From a virus, in IMG/VR virus record IMGVR_UViG_3300032282_005862, positions 1 through 64,000 of that record: a stretch of DNA of 64,000 nucleotides, one strand, 5' to 3'. Position numbers and translations under genes: made by a program. Every line of letters begins with the position of its first letter. Within the stretch, counting starts at the first letter, position 1. Positions 1 to 11,520 of the stretch are shown here, one piece after another. The notes under the pieces are model-generated. The model was not told the origin of the DNA and ran no database searches. It was given only the letters and a program-made list of their open reading frames with translations.

Positions 1-108
1 AATAATGGCACAACTAAACTCATAAAGCTCCAATTCATTTACTAATATATTTATAGCCCAAAACGGATAAAAGTGCAAAACTAATATACAACAATGAATT
101 TAAATCTT

Positions 109-393
109 TCATATTTTAGCTCCAATATCTTCTACAAAACGAAGTGCTTCTGATCTTACATACCATTCCCAAGGAGTGCCATTCCTATCAACAACAACAC
201 AATAATGCTCACTATTTGGAACACTACTAATCTTACCATAGAATTGAGTTCCATCTTCAATCTGAAACATAACTTCTTTGCCAGTATTTCGTTCCATAAC
301 AAACATTTTAGCATCTTCATTTACGCTAGTATCAGCAGTTTGAGGATACTTTGCATCATAATCTAATGGGTTAGCTCCAAGTATAGGACTCAT
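109..393 (-). CDS. hypothetical phage protein
   Basis: 94-aa ORF coupled (ATGA overlap) to the MazG-like gene; no recognisable motif. Confidence 0.6.
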   Translation of the reverse strand: MSPILGANPLDYDAKYPQTADTSVNEDAKMFVMERNTGKEVMFQIEDGTQFYGKISSVPNSEHYCVVVDRNGTPWEWYVRSEALRFVEDIGAKI

Positions 394-725
394 CTTTTAT
401 CTCCACTTCCTTTAATCTTACCTCTTTTTAATCTATCTGCAAGTTTAATTAAATTACTTCCTGCAACATCTTCAAGATTAACTCCAAGTTCATCTGCTAA
501 ACTGGCACAATACCAAAGAACATCACCAAGTTCATCAAATATATCTGCTTTAGCTTGTTTTGAGAGTTTTCCATTGTTATCTCTCATTACCTTCTTAACT
601 TTGTTAGCAATCTCGCCAGCTTCGCCAACAAGCCCTAAAGTAGTATAGTATAGCCCATCATTGGCTAAATCTCTTGGATAAAAAGCGGTTCTGCCAGCAT
701 TAGCTTGATAGTTATTAAATGTCAT
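390..725 (-). CDS. mazG: MazG-like nucleoside triphosphate pyrophosphohydrolase
   Basis: LGLVGEAGEIANKVKK...DELGDVLWY...NLIKLADR is the typical single-domain MazG/NTP-PPase motif set. Confidence 0.9.
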   Translation of the reverse strand: MTFNNYQANAGRTAFYPRDLANDGLYYTTLGLVGEAGEIANKVKKVMRDNNGKLSKQAKADIFDELGDVLWYCASLADELGVNLEDVAGSNLIKLADRLKRGKIKGSGDKR

Positions 726-1173
726 TTCTTTTTATTTTTAATCTCGCCCAAGCCTTTAATTAGTGCATAGTTAAAACCAATATTAATATACTGCTCTTTA
801 GTAATATGCTCACGACCAAGACTTTCAAAAGTATTTTCCATTTGATCGCTCATATCTACTTTAGCATCATATACAGATTTCTTTTTAAACTTACCAATTT
901 TAAGATAGTAAGGGTCGTTTTTGGATAGTGTTTTATTTTTCATCTCTTTTTAGATTTTAACTTTTTATTAAGAGAAGTCAATTCAAATTTATTATTTTTT
1001 GATTTTGAGAATATATGCCTAAATCCAATCATAATATACTCTTGTTCTGTGATAACTTTCTTACCCACATTTTTTAATATTTTAAATGCTTTTTCGTCTC
1101 CTTCTAGGTCTGCAACATAAGATGTAAAAGATTTAAGATTGCTGTATGTAATTTGTGGTATTTTATTTTTCAT
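722..1173 (-). CDS. two small paralogous hypothetical proteins (722..943 and 940..1173)
   Basis: Shared motif ITKEQYINIGF / ITEQEYIMIGF; overlapping start/stop codons. Confidence 0.6.
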
Positions 1174-1955
1174 TATTTAATCTTTCAGCTTCCGCATCAT
1201 CCCATTCTATTTCTTCTCTATATTCTTCAACTTCTTCAATAACATCATCTGGTGGCAAATTACCAAAGATAATTTCAACCAATTCATCTACTGACATATC
1301 AAAATAAGTCTGATAGATAAACTCTTTCTCATCCTCGGAACAAGTCTCAAGGTAATCTTTAATAGTTTTAAACTTTTTCTTCATTTTAGGAACACTTCCT
1401 TACCTTTCTCTTGACAACTTCCTTACCTTTCATATCAAATTGCTCTAACTCTCTTTCTTTTCTCCACTCTGCTAATTCTTCTTTTGCTCCGTTAAATTCA
1501 GCCCAATCGTCTAATTCTGCATCTGTCAGATATTCCTCATTTTCTTCTCTTGTAACGCATCCGTGAGCATCGTTTTCTGCTTCGTCTGCATAAGATTCAA
1601 GAATATGCTCGGAGCTTGAGCCGTGTTTGTTACTAATATCATCTGTGATAGTATAGATAGTCACTTTATATCTTACTCCACTTTTAAATTCTGCCAACTT
1701 CTTCTTTTGATCTTTCTTGGTTATAAGTATTGCTTTTTGAATCTGAGCCATCTCTTTTCTGTGAGTATTTACAATCTTCTCAAGATCATTATAATAAGGT
1801 CTATTCTGAAAGATAAGCTCAATCAAATCCATTTTACTCATCTCAACATAATTACGAGTAATAGCTTCTCTTTCGTCTCCCGAAAGACTATTGTAAAACT
1901 TTAGTGCGTTCTTAAACTTCTTTACTTTTTTGCTCATATATTCAATATACTGCAA
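1163..1955 (-). CDS. two paralogous hypothetical proteins (1163..1384 and 1386..1955)
   Basis: Shared SEDEKEFIYQTYFDMSVDELVEIIF / SGDEREAITRNYVEMSKMDLIELIF. Confidence 0.6.
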
Positions 1956-1967
1956 ACTTTAAAATTG

Positions 1968-2192
1968 TCAATAGGTCACGCCAAAAATATTTACTTGAGC
2001 ATTAGGATTTTTACTACCATCTGGACTATCCATTATATTATATTTTGTAGAATAGTTTTGACTATCTTCGCACATAGCATTAGGAATTGTTTGATAGTGT
2101 GCATTTGCACAACCAACAAAGAAAAATGTCATAAGAATCCAAGCTACTACAATAAGTATAAAAGCTATAATTTTAATTGGATTAAATACCAT
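1968..2192 (-). CDS. putative small lipoprotein/membrane protein
   Basis: Hydrophobic N-terminus ending in a lipobox-like FVGC. Confidence 0.5.
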   Translation of the reverse strand: MVFNPIKIIAFILIVVAWILMTFFFVGCANAHYQTIPNAMCEDSQNYSTKYNIMDSPDGSKNPNAQVNIFGVTY

Positions 2193-2340
2193 CTCTTAAA
2201 CCTACGCTTTCTATAATTATTTTATTTTCTTGAGCTTCGATAACTTCTTTTACTGATAGTCTTTCATTTGCCATTGGCGAATGATTTAAAAGAAAAACTA
2301 AAGAAAAGATTTCTATTGGAGTCCACATAAAATTATATGA

Positions 2341-2370
2341 TAGGATAGTGGGGTTGAACCATCTATCCTA
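2341..2370 (-). terminator. stem-loop downstream of ORF 2379..2540
   Basis: TAGGATAG...CTATCCTA inverted repeat. Confidence 0.5.
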
Positions 2371-2378
2371 CCATTACA

Positions 2379-2540
2379 TTACTTGACTGAAACCGAAACT
2401 ACTGAACCACCAGTCTTGTTGGCAAATCGCTTACTAGCGATCTTTGCACCACGGAGCGTTGGGTAGCTCTTAGGAGCAACAACAAGCTGACCAGTCGTAG
2501 CTTTGACTTGCCAAGTATATTGCGTTTGGTTTGTATTCAT
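2379..2540 (-). CDS. 53-aa protein below the ORF-track cutoff (MNTNQTQYTWQVKATTGQLVVAPKSYPTLRGAKIASKRF...), loosely YegP/DUF1508-like
   Basis: Manual translation; TTGACA-17-TAATAT promoter 6 nt upstream of ATG; hairpin downstream. Confidence 0.65.
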   Translation of the reverse strand: MNTNQTQYTWQVKATTGQLVVAPKSYPTLRGAKIASKRFANKTGGSVVSVSVK

Positions 2541-2879
2541 AAGTTAATATTAGTATATATTTGAAATAATGTCAATATATTATTTTTTATTTTTAAACTT
2601 TTCCTCTTGGGGTTGCTCATTAACATCTTCTTTATTATAGATTGCTCTCTTGGGTCTACCCATATTAGTCATTTTCATTTCTTTGCCACGCTTGATATTA
2701 CCCCAAGGATTCATACCAGAGTTTTTAATATTATTTACGATAAATCGTATTTCTTTTAGTTCTTGTTTTGTTAATGCCATAGTTAGTATATACTAACCGA
2801 ATTTAAAATTTAGATCAAGTATTATTTTTTACAACGACAACCAGAACAACCACAACTTAACTTTAGATTTAACAACCAC

Positions 2880-3113
2880 TTAAACGCTTTTTTTAGTTTT
2901 TTTAACACTTTTCTTTTTGACTTTCTTTTTCTTTTTTGGCTTTTCTTCCCAAGCACCAGCAATTCCTTCTGCTTGATCTAATTCTGATGTATATTCTTCA
3001 CCAACAAAAGGTTCTACTTCATAAGAATTTTTATTTAACTTATCTTTGATAGCATAAAAAGCATCTTCGATTTTAAATTTAATATTCCAATAGATTTCGT
3101 TTAGAAAATTCAT
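2880..3113 (-). CDS. hypothetical protein with Lys-rich C-terminal tail
   Basis: Probable start MNFLNEIYW at 3113; ends KPKKKKKVKKKSVKKTKKSV. Confidence 0.55.
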   Translation of the reverse strand: MNFLNEIYWNIKFKIEDAFYAIKDKLNKNSYEVEPFVGEEYTSELDQAEGIAGAWEEKPKKKKKVKKKSVKKTKKSV

Positions 3114-3769
3114 ACACGAACTCCAAAAATTCCACCTAAAATAAAACAAGCTGAAAGAATTAAAATTTCCATAATATTGTTCTATTACCTATTACACCTT
3201 GTTTTTAGGCTTTTCTTTAATATTTTTATTATAGGCTAAAACATCATCTAGATATTTATTTAACATATTCCGAATTGTGCGTTCTTTTTCGGGGTCTTTG
3301 CTATAATAGGATTTTTCTAAAGCCAATAATTGATCTCGCCAATGATTTAAACTAGCTGTATGTTCAGTTAAAAATTCAATTTTATTCTTCTTTAACGGCA
3401 TCTCTAACCTCCATTTTCCATTTTTCAACAAGTTTTTCTGAATCAGTATAATCAGAATTATTGTTGCTCCTTAAGAGATAAAAGATTTTCTCGCTAGAGT
3501 CAATCTTATTTACGACATTTAAATATCCTTCTATAAGATGTTCTTTATCAACAAAATAATGACTTCTCATATATGGTTTTACCATATTTTCTTTACTTAA
3601 AATACTTTGAGTTAATAAATAACCATTCTTTTCATCTTTTTGGCAGAGAATAACACTTTTATATTTATCTGAGGAATAAAGATCAGAAAATTGTTTTGGC
3701 AATCCTAAATTAATAATGCAATTATGATGATAGACACCAAAAAAACTAATGGTATCATCAATAATCATT

Positions 3770-4243
3770 TTAATAAACCGCAACTTTAACTATTTTAGGA
3801 TTATTATTTACAAACCTCATAGCTTCTTTTTCTGTTAAGAAAAAAATATCAATAACTGGATATTTGCCTCCACTAGCTTTTTTACGGATAACATCTGTGC
3901 CAGTATCGTGAGCAACTCTAAATCCAAGATTAGGAATATAAATCTTTGAAAAGAAAGGGATAATGCGAGGGTCTACGGCTACGCTTCTATTAGGTTTAAG
4001 CGTAGCACCAGTAGAGCTTTGTCTTTTTGCACTCCAAGAATCAGTATCGCTACCTTTTGCCCAATAAGCAGTTAAGCGAACCTTGATTTCTTTTTTTGGA
4101 ATTAAATCTTTCACAAAAGATTCAACCATTTGATTCTTAATATTATTAGAAATAATAGGTTTGCGAGATGAAGATGTGATTTCGTTCTTGAATAAAATCC
4201 AAGAAGCACATAACAACACAGCTATTCTACATAGTATTTTCAT
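3770..4243 (-). CDS. 3D (Asp-Asp-Asp) domain protein, lytic transglycosylase-like, with N-terminal signal/TM segment
   Basis: LTAY...SSTG...VAVDPRIIP...AHDTG...IDIF, with the three Asp of the 3D domain. Confidence 0.85.
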   Translation of the reverse strand: MKILCRIAVLLCASWILFKNEITSSSRKPIISNNIKNQMVESFVKDLIPKKEIKVRLTAYWAKGSDTDSWSAKRQSSTGATLKPNRSVAVDPRIIPFFSKIYIPNLGFRVAHDTGTDVIRKKASGGKYPVIDIFFLTEKEAMRFVNNNPKIVKVAVY

Positions 4244-4364
4244 AACTTGTCCTCTTTAAACTGAGATTAATTTAAATTGATTAAAATGTCAAGCTAGATT
4301 AACTTCTTCTAGCGACTAAATATTCCTTATGATTAATAGACTTCATAACAATATAGATTACACT

Positions 4365-4388
4365 CATAGGGCGTTTTAAACCCTATGA
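4365..4388 (-). terminator. stem-loop downstream of ORF 4407..4583
   Basis: TCATAGGG...CCCTATGA inverted repeat. Confidence 0.55.
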
Positions 4389-4406
4389 ATGTATCCTATA
4401 ATAGTA

Positions 4407-4583
4407 TTACTTTGTAAGGAGATCAGATGCTCGGAGCTTGCTAGTCAATTTACGCTTGTCAAAGGAACGCCAATGACGAGTATGTTGATTAACCTTATCA
4501 AGAACCTTTGCCTCACTAATGGTAAATGTGCCGTTAGTGTTGTCTGTCATCTTAACGAAGTATGTTTTAGGTCTGTTTGCCAT
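4407..4583 (-). CDS. 58-aa basic protein below the ORF-track cutoff (MANRPKTYFVKMTDNTNGTFTISEAKVLDK...)
   Basis: Manual translation; TTGACA-17-TATTAT promoter 8 nt upstream; hairpin downstream. Confidence 0.65.
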   Translation of the reverse strand: MANRPKTYFVKMTDNTNGTFTISEAKVLDKVNQHTRHWRSFDKRKLTSKLRASDLLTK

Positions 4584-4605
4584 AATGATTAATAATATAT
4601 ATATT

Positions 4606-5019
4606 TTAACTATTTGTCAAATTAAATTTATCAAATCCACCTTTAATATTACTAAAATAAACATTCTTAAAGTTTAATTGGTAAATCATATCAGAGCATC
4701 CAGAGCAAGGAGCAGAATGATCTAATAGGTTATTTCGATTAATTCTGGTATTAACAAGAGTTAATTTAGAGCAATCTTCTTCGCCAAGTTTAATAACTGC
4801 ATTTAATTCAGCGTGAGTTCCAACAATATCACTAATCTTTTCTTTATTTTTATTTACATAATTATATTTTAAATTCATTGGATGAGTTTTCATAGAGTTC
4901 ATTCCAATACTAATAATACGATTGCGGTCAAGAATAAAAGAGAAGTGACGGCATCTTAAATCTGCATTATGTTTATTAATCAAGGCATAAGTAACCTCAA
5001 TAATTTTATTGAAGTTCAT
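4606..5019 (-). CDS. zinc-dependent nucleoside/nucleotide deaminase (CDA/TadA superfamily)
   Basis: HAE (THAELNAV) and PCxxC (APCSGC) motifs. Confidence 0.85.
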   Translation of the reverse strand: MNFNKIIEVTYALINKHNADLRCRHFSFILDRNRIISIGMNSMKTHPMNLKYNYVNKNKEKISDIVGTHAELNAVIKLGEEDCSKLTLVNTRINRNNLLDHSAPCSGCSDMIYQLNFKNVYFSNIKGGFDKFNLTNS

Positions 5020-5023
5020 TGTA

Positions 5024-5350
5024 TTAATCTTTTTTGTCTAAATCTTGATATTGTTTTTCGACTTCTTCTGATTCTTTGTCGAGTTGTTCTTGAAATTCTT
5101 TTAAATAACCATCAATTTTATCTAAATCTGGAGCTTTTTGACTATAAAAATTACTAATATAATTAGTATTTGTGTTACCAAAAAAAATCCTAGCAATACT
5201 ATAAGCACCAAGTATTTGCAAAAAAGAAAAATTTAAATCAAAAACTGGTGCAAAAAGATAATTCCACATTACATAAATTAATGAGCTATAAATAAAACAA
5301 AATAATAAATAAGAAGTAGCTAAATTAAGCCAATCAATTTTTTTATTCAT
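5024..5350 (-). CDS. hypothetical membrane protein
   Basis: Two hydrophobic segments followed by a charged coiled-coil tail. Confidence 0.55.
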   Translation of the reverse strand: MNKKIDWLNLATSYLLFCFIYSSLIYVMWNYLFAPVFDLNFSFLQILGAYSIARIFFGNTNTNYISNFYSQKAPDLDKIDGYLKEFQEQLDKESEEVEKQYQDLDKKD

Positions 5351-5691
5351 TATGATAAAGTATTTATAAACATTGGAGTAAATTCTCCAACATAAGAACC
5401 TCTAACATTAAACTCAAAATAGTCAATAGCATCACCAATCGCATCTTCTTGATCTTTAAATTGTTCTGCAAGAATATCCAAACATTTCTCAATAGAATAA
5501 ACTGCTATTGGATTTCCTTCTGAATTTTCGCCAACGCCAATAAAAGCGTCATCAAATCCATCTGCAAGAAGAATCTTGTCGGAAAAATCTGAATAACCAG
5601 TTTCAATAAAATCAGTAATCTTTTTGTTGTGTTTGCTTAATTTCATAATTGCTAATGTATATGGTGTCCTCTTAACCTTATTTATACTCAC
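5350..5691 (-). CDS. hypothetical phage protein
   Basis: ADGFDDAFIG...YFEFNVRGSYVGEFTP resembles a motif recalled from other large phages. Confidence 0.6.
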   Translation of the reverse strand: MSINKVKRTPYTLAIMKLSKHNKKITDFIETGYSDFSDKILLADGFDDAFIGVGENSEGNPIAVYSIEKCLDILAEQFKDQEDAIGDAIDYFEFNVRGSYVGEFTPMFINTLS

Positions 5692-5816
5692 ATTTTAACT
5701 TACACGCAAGCATTATTTTTTAAATCTATTTGTAAATGTAATTCCTATATAATAAAAAGGATAAAGAGCATAATAAAGAATTGTGAATAAAAATGTTCCG
5801 ATATTATTAAATATAT

Positions 5817-7353
5817 TCATTTCTTAATATATTTCTTGATTTTCTTTACAAGAGCTTCAACCTTATCAAGTTCTTGGCGTTTAATTCCAGATATATCTTT
5901 ATTATGCTGATCGTGCCAAGAAACTAAAGCTGTAATATCATTCTCTAATTCTTCCAATTCTTTATTAACTCTACCTACTATTGTTTTTTGATTTTCCATA
6001 TTATTTTGGTTCTTGTTCTAGAATATATTTAAATTTAATATAAAATTCATTTAATTTTAAAGCTATACTTGCTGGAATGGTAGAATTATTATTTTCTTCA
6101 TACCAAGAAATAAATTCTTTCATAGTGCGAAGTGCCTTGACTTGTTCTTCCATACAATAGATACTAACTTAGTTTTATTTTTTCTTCAACTTTAATTTTG
6201 AATGATCTGCAAATAGTTTTGGATTATCTTTATAAAGTTCTTCAAGACAATCTTTTGTAAATTCTCTTAAAAATTTCTCATCTTTAATAGCATCAACAAT
6301 TTTTTTAGCCATTAAAGCAAAAGTTTTTTCTTCTTTTTCTAAACCTTTTTCTATTCGTGATTTCTCTACTTTTTTTCTGCCCATAATTCTAATTACACAT
6401 TAGAATTTAAATTCAAACTGCTCTGCCATATATTTAGGATTAGTTTCATATTTCTCAGAGTATAATTGACAAAGTTGAAAATCTGTTAAATTATTTAAAT
6501 ATCCAAGAATCCGATCTACAAGAGTTGTTGTGTGTTCTTTTAAATAGGCTTTCTTTAAATCTGATAGGATTTTTGATCTTGGATTAGTCATTTTCTTTCT
6601 CCAACAAAAATTCTGGTATCATATCTTCTGTTGCGTTCTTATCTTCAAGAACATCAATCCAATTTGTAATATTACCATACTTCACGCCCTGCATTAAATC
6701 TTCGTAAAGACATTCGACTGCGTGTTTGACCATTTCTTCGTTTTCCATATCTACGATATAGTTTAAATCTAAACAAACTCGCCCCATTTTCATTTTGAGT
6801 TTTTATACTCCTTTATAAATTCACTAGCTTCTTCAAGAGCATTTGTGAAGTGCATTGTTCTACAATCGTGAGGACAATCTTCGTCAGCTTGATTTACAAG
6901 TTCCTCTAGAAGTCTAATTGCTTTTTCCATTTCTTTATTTTGCTTCTTTTTCATTTTTTGTCAAACCAAATCCTAACTTTGGCCTTTCATCTTCACTAAA
7001 TAATTCTATAATACGGATATTACTTATTAAGTGCCAATCATTATTAATTTTAATACATTTCTCGGCTGGAGAAATTTCTGTAACTTTACCTTCTTGAATT
7101 GCATACCTATTGATAGGAAAGTTAAGATAAAGAATCTTGCGATCAATTAAATCTTTTAATTTCATTCTTGTGGACTTTCATTTTTCATATCATTAAAATA
7201 AAAATCAATTTTATCCCTCAACTCTATAAGTTTTTCGCCAGCATCAAACTCAATGGATAATTCTTGTAAAGTTTTTTCATCTTCTAAAAGACCACCAACA
7301 AGAGCTAGTGCTAGTTCTATTTCTGCGTCATTAAAATAGTATGATGCTTTCAT
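5817..7353 (-). other. run of small hypothetical ORFs (5817..5999, 6175..6384, 6400..6591, 6584..6793, 6935..7165, 7162..7353)
   Basis: Tightly packed co-oriented 60-80 aa ORFs typical of phage early regions. Confidence 0.55.
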
Positions 7354-7354
7354 A

Positions 7355-8032
7355 TTAAAATTGTTTGAGAACATATCCCCAATAATCGCTATCGGGCTTT
7401 TTTTGAATATCATCCCACATAATGCAACGAGCAATATAAGATGGAACATTTAATCTTTGGCAATTTTCCATCCAATGTTGCTCCATAGCTTTATACTTGG
7501 TAGCACCGACTTTTGACTTTGTGTATTTTAAATCTGCCATACCATAAAAGCGAAGATGGTGAACATCACCACATAAAACTCTAGCAAAAAGTGGGTCAAT
7601 CATCTCAAAACTAAAACTTACTTTAGCGTAACTTAATCCACGAATACGCTCCACAAGATTATCACGAACAGAAACATATCGGTTTCTTTTTGTAGGGCAA
7701 GAAAAATCTTTAGGATTCTGCCAGAAATCTTTTGAGAAATCCCAAATATAATCTGTGCGTTCTTTCTGACAACCAACGCCAGAACGAGTAAGACGCTTTA
7801 GAAGTTCTTTGCGATTGTGCTTCCAATAGACAAAATCACGAATTGCAAGATACCCATTGATATTACCCTTCCAAGTGGTATGAACAGAGCAAAAGGCAAA
7901 TAGCCAACGCCTAAAAATATCCTCATCAGTCTTGGGTCTTAAACTTTCCCAATACTGCTTGTAAGGTTCTACTTTGTGGCGGTGAAGCTCATTAAAGCTG
8001 GCGAAAAACTGATCTGGTTTAGTTGTGTCCAT
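7355..8032 (-). CDS. HhH DNA glycosylase/lyase, OGG2 (8-oxoguanine N-glycosylase)-like
   Basis: FRRWLFAFCS and RDNLVERIRGLSYAKVSF...LCGDVHHLR align by eye to OGG2 (FxELCFCIL; REFLVxNIKGIGYKEASH...IIDRHILR). Confidence 0.65.
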   Translation of the reverse strand: MDTTKPDQFFASFNELHRHKVEPYKQYWESLRPKTDEDIFRRWLFAFCSVHTTWKGNINGYLAIRDFVYWKHNRKELLKRLTRSGVGCQKERTDYIWDFSKDFWQNPKDFSCPTKRNRYVSVRDNLVERIRGLSYAKVSFSFEMIDPLFARVLCGDVHHLRFYGMADLKYTKSKVGATKYKAMEQHWMENCQRLNVPSYIARCIMWDDIQKKPDSDYWGYVLKQF

Positions 8033-8072
8033 AGATCAAATATAATTTAAATTTAATTTAAGTCAAAGAAAA

Positions 8073-11000
8073 TTATTGTATTACCCAAACAATTTCGTCA
8101 AATCCTTTACTACCAGCATCTAATACTTCTTGATGATTACCATAATACCATTCAGAATTTGCGTTATGAATAATTTTTGCTTCTCTCAATAATTGAACAT
8201 AGTCCAACCCATCCTCATATCCTTTCACACATATATGTGTTTCTTGTGGTAATTCTTTAAGACAATTAATTAGTTCTTTTGCCGTCATTTTCCATCCAAT
8301 TTCTTGCGTGATAGGGGCTTACAAAAGTTTTTACTATTTTTGCGTCAATAAATTTTGCGTGAGGATAATTAGGCTTATGTATTTCTTCATAAACAGCCCA
8401 CTTGTCAAGAGGTTTTCCAAACTCATCCTCAAGCTCTTTGATGTATCTAATTACTTTCATATTTTGATAAGAAAGCATCTGCATCTTTTAATTTTTTAAA
8501 AGTTTTAACTTTGATAGTTTTAATTATCGGAGTTTTATAAATAGACCAAGATGAAATATAATTTCCATTTTTATCTTTATCTTGTTCTATGTAAAAATAA
8601 TATTTTATATTGCTCATACAATCACATTAATTTTAGCATTAAGTTTATAAACTCTATCACCTTGCTGTTCATCGGGGTCATTTAAAGTATTACGCTTTTT
8701 ATCGCTGAACCCAAATACTTTGCCATCATCAAGATCAACAATATTATTTGAACCATTCTTAATTTTCATATAAATTGCGTGATTGCCTCGTTGAACAGAT
8801 TCGGGGTCAAAGAAAGAGAAAACATCTCCCTCTTTAAGCGAATTAAATTCTACCATAGCTTCTTTATCTCTTGATGTTATTGTGTATTTCATAAATTAAA
8901 ATGGTCTAAAGTTATACATCCTTTCAGCTATCTTACTTATATTTGATTTATTTGTCAAACTGAAACCATATTTTTTCTTAAATTTTTCTAATAAAATTTT
9001 ATTAATAGTTTCTTTACCAAAATGTCCAATAGTGCTTTCATCGGTTAGTATGTATTCTCCCTTTTTTAAATTAAATAAACTCATTATTTCTTGGACTTGA
9101 TCGGGGTATTTATCTATTACCTCTGTTTCTGCAAACTCAATAATTTCACCATCGTATGAAATTAATTTTCCTTTATTAAAATCGTATCTAGGTTTCATTT
9201 GCTCCATTGAAATTCAAGAATCCAACCTAACCAATTAATTCCACATTCAATATAATATTTATTTTTATAACCGAAAGGTTTAGGAATATATCTAAACTTA
9301 TATGAATTTAAAATATAAAGTCCAATATTTTTAACTCTGATACGATAATATACTTTGCTAATAAATATATCATTAGCTTTTAAATACATTTTAAAACCTT
9401 TCTTCATTTTTTTCTTTTTCTGCTTTTTCATTTTCCTCAAGAATTTTTCTTGTTAATTTATTAATATCAAGTGCCAAATTATATAGTGATTGATCTATAT
9501 TTTGTAAAATACCTTTTATTTGATTTAATGTTCTATCGTTCATAATTTAATCCCATAAGTCTCTAAAATAAAGTCCAAGCAAAAGAAAACCATTTCTTTG
9601 ACGCTCATAGGCTTTATTTAATTTAGAATAATCTGGTTGAATATTGTCTTTCGCTTCAAATTCAACAGAATAATTATCATCTTTTTGTTTTGTTAAAAAC
9701 ATTTTATTATCTTTAATTGGGTCAAACCCTTTTGGATAAACTTCGTAAAGTTCTTCTAAACTAATCTTGGGATTTTCTTCATCAACAATCATTTGAAGTG
9801 CAAAAATAATCTCATCTAAAACATTTTCATATTCTTCTTTAGAAAGAGATATTGATTTATTAATTGTTGTATCAACAAAATCTTTTTCTGTTTCGCTATA
9901 TTCTAAATTTTTTTCATCATATATGTATGAAATAACCTTACCATCTACGATAAGATGATGGCGATTAGAAAGAGTATTAAAGTTTTTACGAAGATGTTTG
10001 ATTCTTGGTAAAATAAATTTTGCGGTGGCTTGAGGAAGATTCCAGCAATCGCTATCAGAATAGCCACGAATTAGTTTTTGAAATGTATTTTTTATTTTAA
10101 ACTTACCATTCAAAAAAATATGAGAGTAATAATTTACTTCGCCAAAAACCCAATTTAAAATAGGATTCTTGTGAAATCTAAAAGACCTCATCAATTCTTC
10201 TAAGGTTTGTCTTTCGTTCATATTTTATTTATAGTTTCCCTTACTGAATCTAATACTTCTTTAATGTCTTGTAAAGAAAATGATTTAACTGCACCATTAA
10301 AACTATAACCTTGATTATCTTTATCAAAAGTAACCATTAGTTTAGTTTCTGCCATAGTATAATTACCACCCCAATTAGTATATTGTGCTTCTTTTCCGTA
10401 AAAATATGCGGTTGCTGTTGGATTCTTACTATTAAGATTATACATACGAATAGTTACTGCATCAGCAGGAAATTTATCCGTAGATGTTTTATTGATAATT
10501 TGTCCAGATGGGACAACACCTTTAACTCTACTATTCTTTTCCCAAAATATTTTATGTTTCATAAACCTTGCTCCTTACATTTTTCTTCATAATCTTTTAC
10601 AAATTTATATTCTTCCCAACGCCCAGCGTTAGCAAGAACATTACTCGTTAAAAGAACTCTATGTTGATCTTCATTTTTACTATTCTTTTCATCCCAAGTC
10701 AAGAGAATAACTCCAAGTCCAAAATCATCATAATCTTGAATCTTCAATTCAACACCTTGTTTTTCTTCTTGATCTAAAACACTTTCCACGGCTCTTGTGC
10801 AAGCCTCATTATACCAATCAGATTTATTAATTTTTTTAGTATCAATGTCTACTTTTGCAAGCCAATTATGTCCAGTTACATAAAAATTCATTCTTCATCC
10901 TCATCTTCAAAATCATAAACTGGTTCATTTTCTTCTGGAGAACGAAACCAAAGATAAGTATGATCGTTTTTTTGTTGAGCTTCGACAAATTCTAGATTGC

Positions 11001-11520
11001 AATTTTGTAATCTTTGTTTTACAATATCTATGAAATGATTTCTAATTTTAATAAACAAACTTTCATCGCCCGCAATCCATTCATAGGATTCGCCAAATTC
11101 CTCTGCAATCATTTTAATTTTAGGATGTAAATTCATTATACATCCTCCAAGTTAATTTTTTCTGGCTCACCTTCTTGACAAAGAAGCTGACCTTTCAAGT
11201 GCATCAAGGTTTCAATAACAGAATCTAAATTATATTCAGAAGTATCGCTAGTATCAAAATCAACACTTTCTTGAATATTTAAAATATCTTCTATTACCAA
11301 ATCAATTTTATCAGTTATTTTCTTGTTCATTTAGCATCATCTCCATTTTTAGATTATCCAATTCTTTCTCTCCAAGATCAAGCAAAAAAGCAGAAGGATG
11401 AATATGTAAATTCATATCAAGGTGCGGGATATAACAATAAAACATTTTGATTTTACTATCATAGTATTTTACCTCTGATATTGTTCCGTATTTTTTGCTT
11501 TTGATTTTAACGCTTTTCAA
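8073..11520 (-). other. run of small hypothetical phage ORFs (incl. 9547..10221, 224 aa)
   Basis: Co-oriented, overlapping start/stop codons; no recognisable catalytic motifs. Confidence 0.55.

Noticed and set aside
2339-2372. tRNA fragment (GGTTCAACCCC T-loop-like)
   Set aside because: Only one hairpin with no D or anticodon arm; better explained as a terminator or processing stem
4389-4592. 67-aa plus-strand ORF from the track
   Set aside because: Antisense to 4407..4583, which has a promoter, a terminator and the local orientation
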